In this document: piece by piece, positions 62,095-64,000 of the stretch
Layout of the letters: every line of letters starts with the position of its first letter
Numbering within the stretch: position 1 is the stretch's first letter
Position numbers and translations under genes: made by a program
The notes under the pieces: model-generated
Database searches by the model: none
Told to the model about the DNA's origin: nothing
Seen by the model: only the letters and a program-made list of their open reading frames with translations
DNA from: Piromyces finnis finn
Lineage: Eukaryota; Fungi; Neocallimastigomycota
Reading direction: 5' to 3'
NCBI GenBank assembly: GCA_002104945.1
Contig: MCFH01000077.1
Location: 1-64,000 of the forward strand
DNA: 64,000 nt

Positions 62095-63344
62095 TTAAAC
62101 AATTTTAACCATTTCTCCCATATTTCTTCTTCGCATTTCTACCAAAAAGGCTATTATATTTTTCATCTCTTTTCCAGCATATTTCATTGCTGTATCTCCA
62201 TAGTCATTCTTAATATTCAAATCCGCTCCACGATCCAATAATAGTTTGATGATTTTAACACGACAGTACATAACTGCCAACATTAGGGGCGTAAAGCCAT
62301 GATAATTATCACCACCCTGAAAATTAACATCAACACCACGATCCAATAATACTTCGACGGTTTTTAGTGCTCCATTCATGGATGCTCTTAGTAACGCTAT
62401 TCCTTTATCGACTCCACAATCCAATAAAAATTCAGTCATTTTTATATAATCTTTCTTGACAGCTACTTCTAGTGAATTTTCCATCAAATTATCCCAAATA
62501 TTACTACGACGTTTGGCTCCACGATCCAACAAAAGCTTGGCTGCTTCTATATTCTCATTCTTGATTGCCCATTCTAGTGCTGTATAATTATCATCACCTT
62601 CAAGATCAATACTGGCACCTCGATCTAACAATAACTGGACAATTTCTGTATGTCCGTTTTTGGCTGCCTCTGTTAGTGCTGTTTCATTAATACCATGATG
62701 ATACTCTTCAAATATACCAAATTTTTCACGATGATCTATTTCAGCATCAAGATCTAACAACGATTTGACTATTTCTGTTTTTCCTTTCCTAGCTGCAATA
62801 ACTAGATCCATATCGGAAAACACTTCAGTTTCCAATAACAGTTTGACAGTTTCGGTATGTCCGTTTTCATAGGCCACTTTTAATGGTGTATCAACTTCAT
62901 CATTCATATTATTATAAAATAACTCATAATCAAAATACCCATCTAAACTCAACAAAATTCTGACAATCTCTGTATGACCTCCCCTTGCAGCATTCATTGT
63001 TGCTCTATCATCAAGATGGATATAATCGTCTCTAATTAAATATTGAGCTATGTCATTGTCACTTGTTCTTTTCTGATTCTTATAGAGATAAAGTAAACTT
63101 AAAACTTTATCTTTTCTTCCAAGCAATAGCATTCTTATTATATCTATATGACCGCCTTCTGCAGCTTTCATTATTGCTGTATTTCCATCTTTGTCTTCAT
63201 AATTAATATCTATACCTTTGTTCATTAAAGACTTCATCTTTTCAATATCACCATCCAGTGCTGCTTTTAACCATGCTTCACCGTCTTTCGACTCAGATTC
63301 TACACCTTTCGTCGGTTGATCTAGATGGTTAGGAAGTTCATCAG
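62095..63344 (-). CDS. Ankyrin-repeat protein (5' exon not resolved)
   Basis: Repeated G.TAL..AA..GH.EIV..LL..GA motifs. The frame stays open upstream of ATG 63237 to a CAG acceptor at 63345..63347. Confidence 0.9.
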
Positions 63345-63493
63345 CTGTTTTTTATTATTTAGTTGGGTTAAAAATAAATGTAATAATATTAGGTATTATA
63401 CAGAAATAGAATTAATAAACCAGACTTTAAAAGCGAATAAAAAAAAAAAAAAAGAGTATCATTTGATAATTTTTTTACTTTTTTCCATTTTAA

Positions 63494-63524
<31 letters not shown>

Positions 63525-64000
63525 AAATAAAAAATGACTATTGTTTATATTTATAAATAGATTTTTCTCTTTTTTTTTTTTTTTTACTAAAAGTACCAGG
63601 CAGGTCTAAACTTTTTTTCTTAAAAAAAAATAAACAAAAAACTGAAAATTTAAAACTCATTTTTTTAATACAAATTAGTTCATCCATCAGCCAATCATAT
63701 TTCTATTATTACATTTTAAAATGTAAAAAAAAAAATTAAAAAATGGTGAAATTTTTTTTCCCAATTGTCCCATCCACCACCACTTTCACAAAATAAAATA
63801 ATAACAAATGGTTTCTTTACCAAGTTTTTTTAAAATGCAAACACACACGTTGAAGAACTTTTTTTTTTTATATTTTTTTTTTTTATTTGTCTTTTTTATC
63901 AACAAAATTATTAATTCATAACAATACAATAATAATAAAAAAATTTTATGAATTAATATTCTAGTATTTATGGTATATTAATTGTCAATAAAAAAAACGT

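Noticed and set aside
59173-63525. Short ORFs 59173..59358, 60845..61066, 61200..61385, 61245..61469, 63325..63525
   Set aside because: Driven by homopolymer and microsatellite sequence, mostly non-ATG starts, no motifs.

Overview
Extremely AT-rich, intron-containing eukaryotic DNA, most likely an anaerobic gut fungus (Neocallimastigomycota). Evidence: CBM10-type dockerins on a GH16 enzyme and a sugar-binding-protein/7TM receptor fusion. Bases 3770-22485 are a nest of three different Ty3/gypsy LTR retrotransposons that ends 18 bp upstream of a tRNA-Ser(GCT) gene. Element A (minus) has intact gag-pol and a tRNA-type PBS. Element C (plus) carries only gag and protease. Element B (minus) is a complete chromovirus with a 5-bp TSD, inserted in the LTR of C, and has a Tf1-like self-priming PBS. 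All three share a -1 frameshift cassette. The host DNA holds three paralogous 4-exon genes with an unannotated HTH-like domain and four small single-pass PPxY proteins around a 5-exon SBP-GPCR gene. It also holds two Cys-rich membrane proteins, a dockerin-GH16 glucanase, an ankyrin protein, a 144-bp polyA/TSD retroposed insertion and several tandem duplications. All alignments were done by eye.
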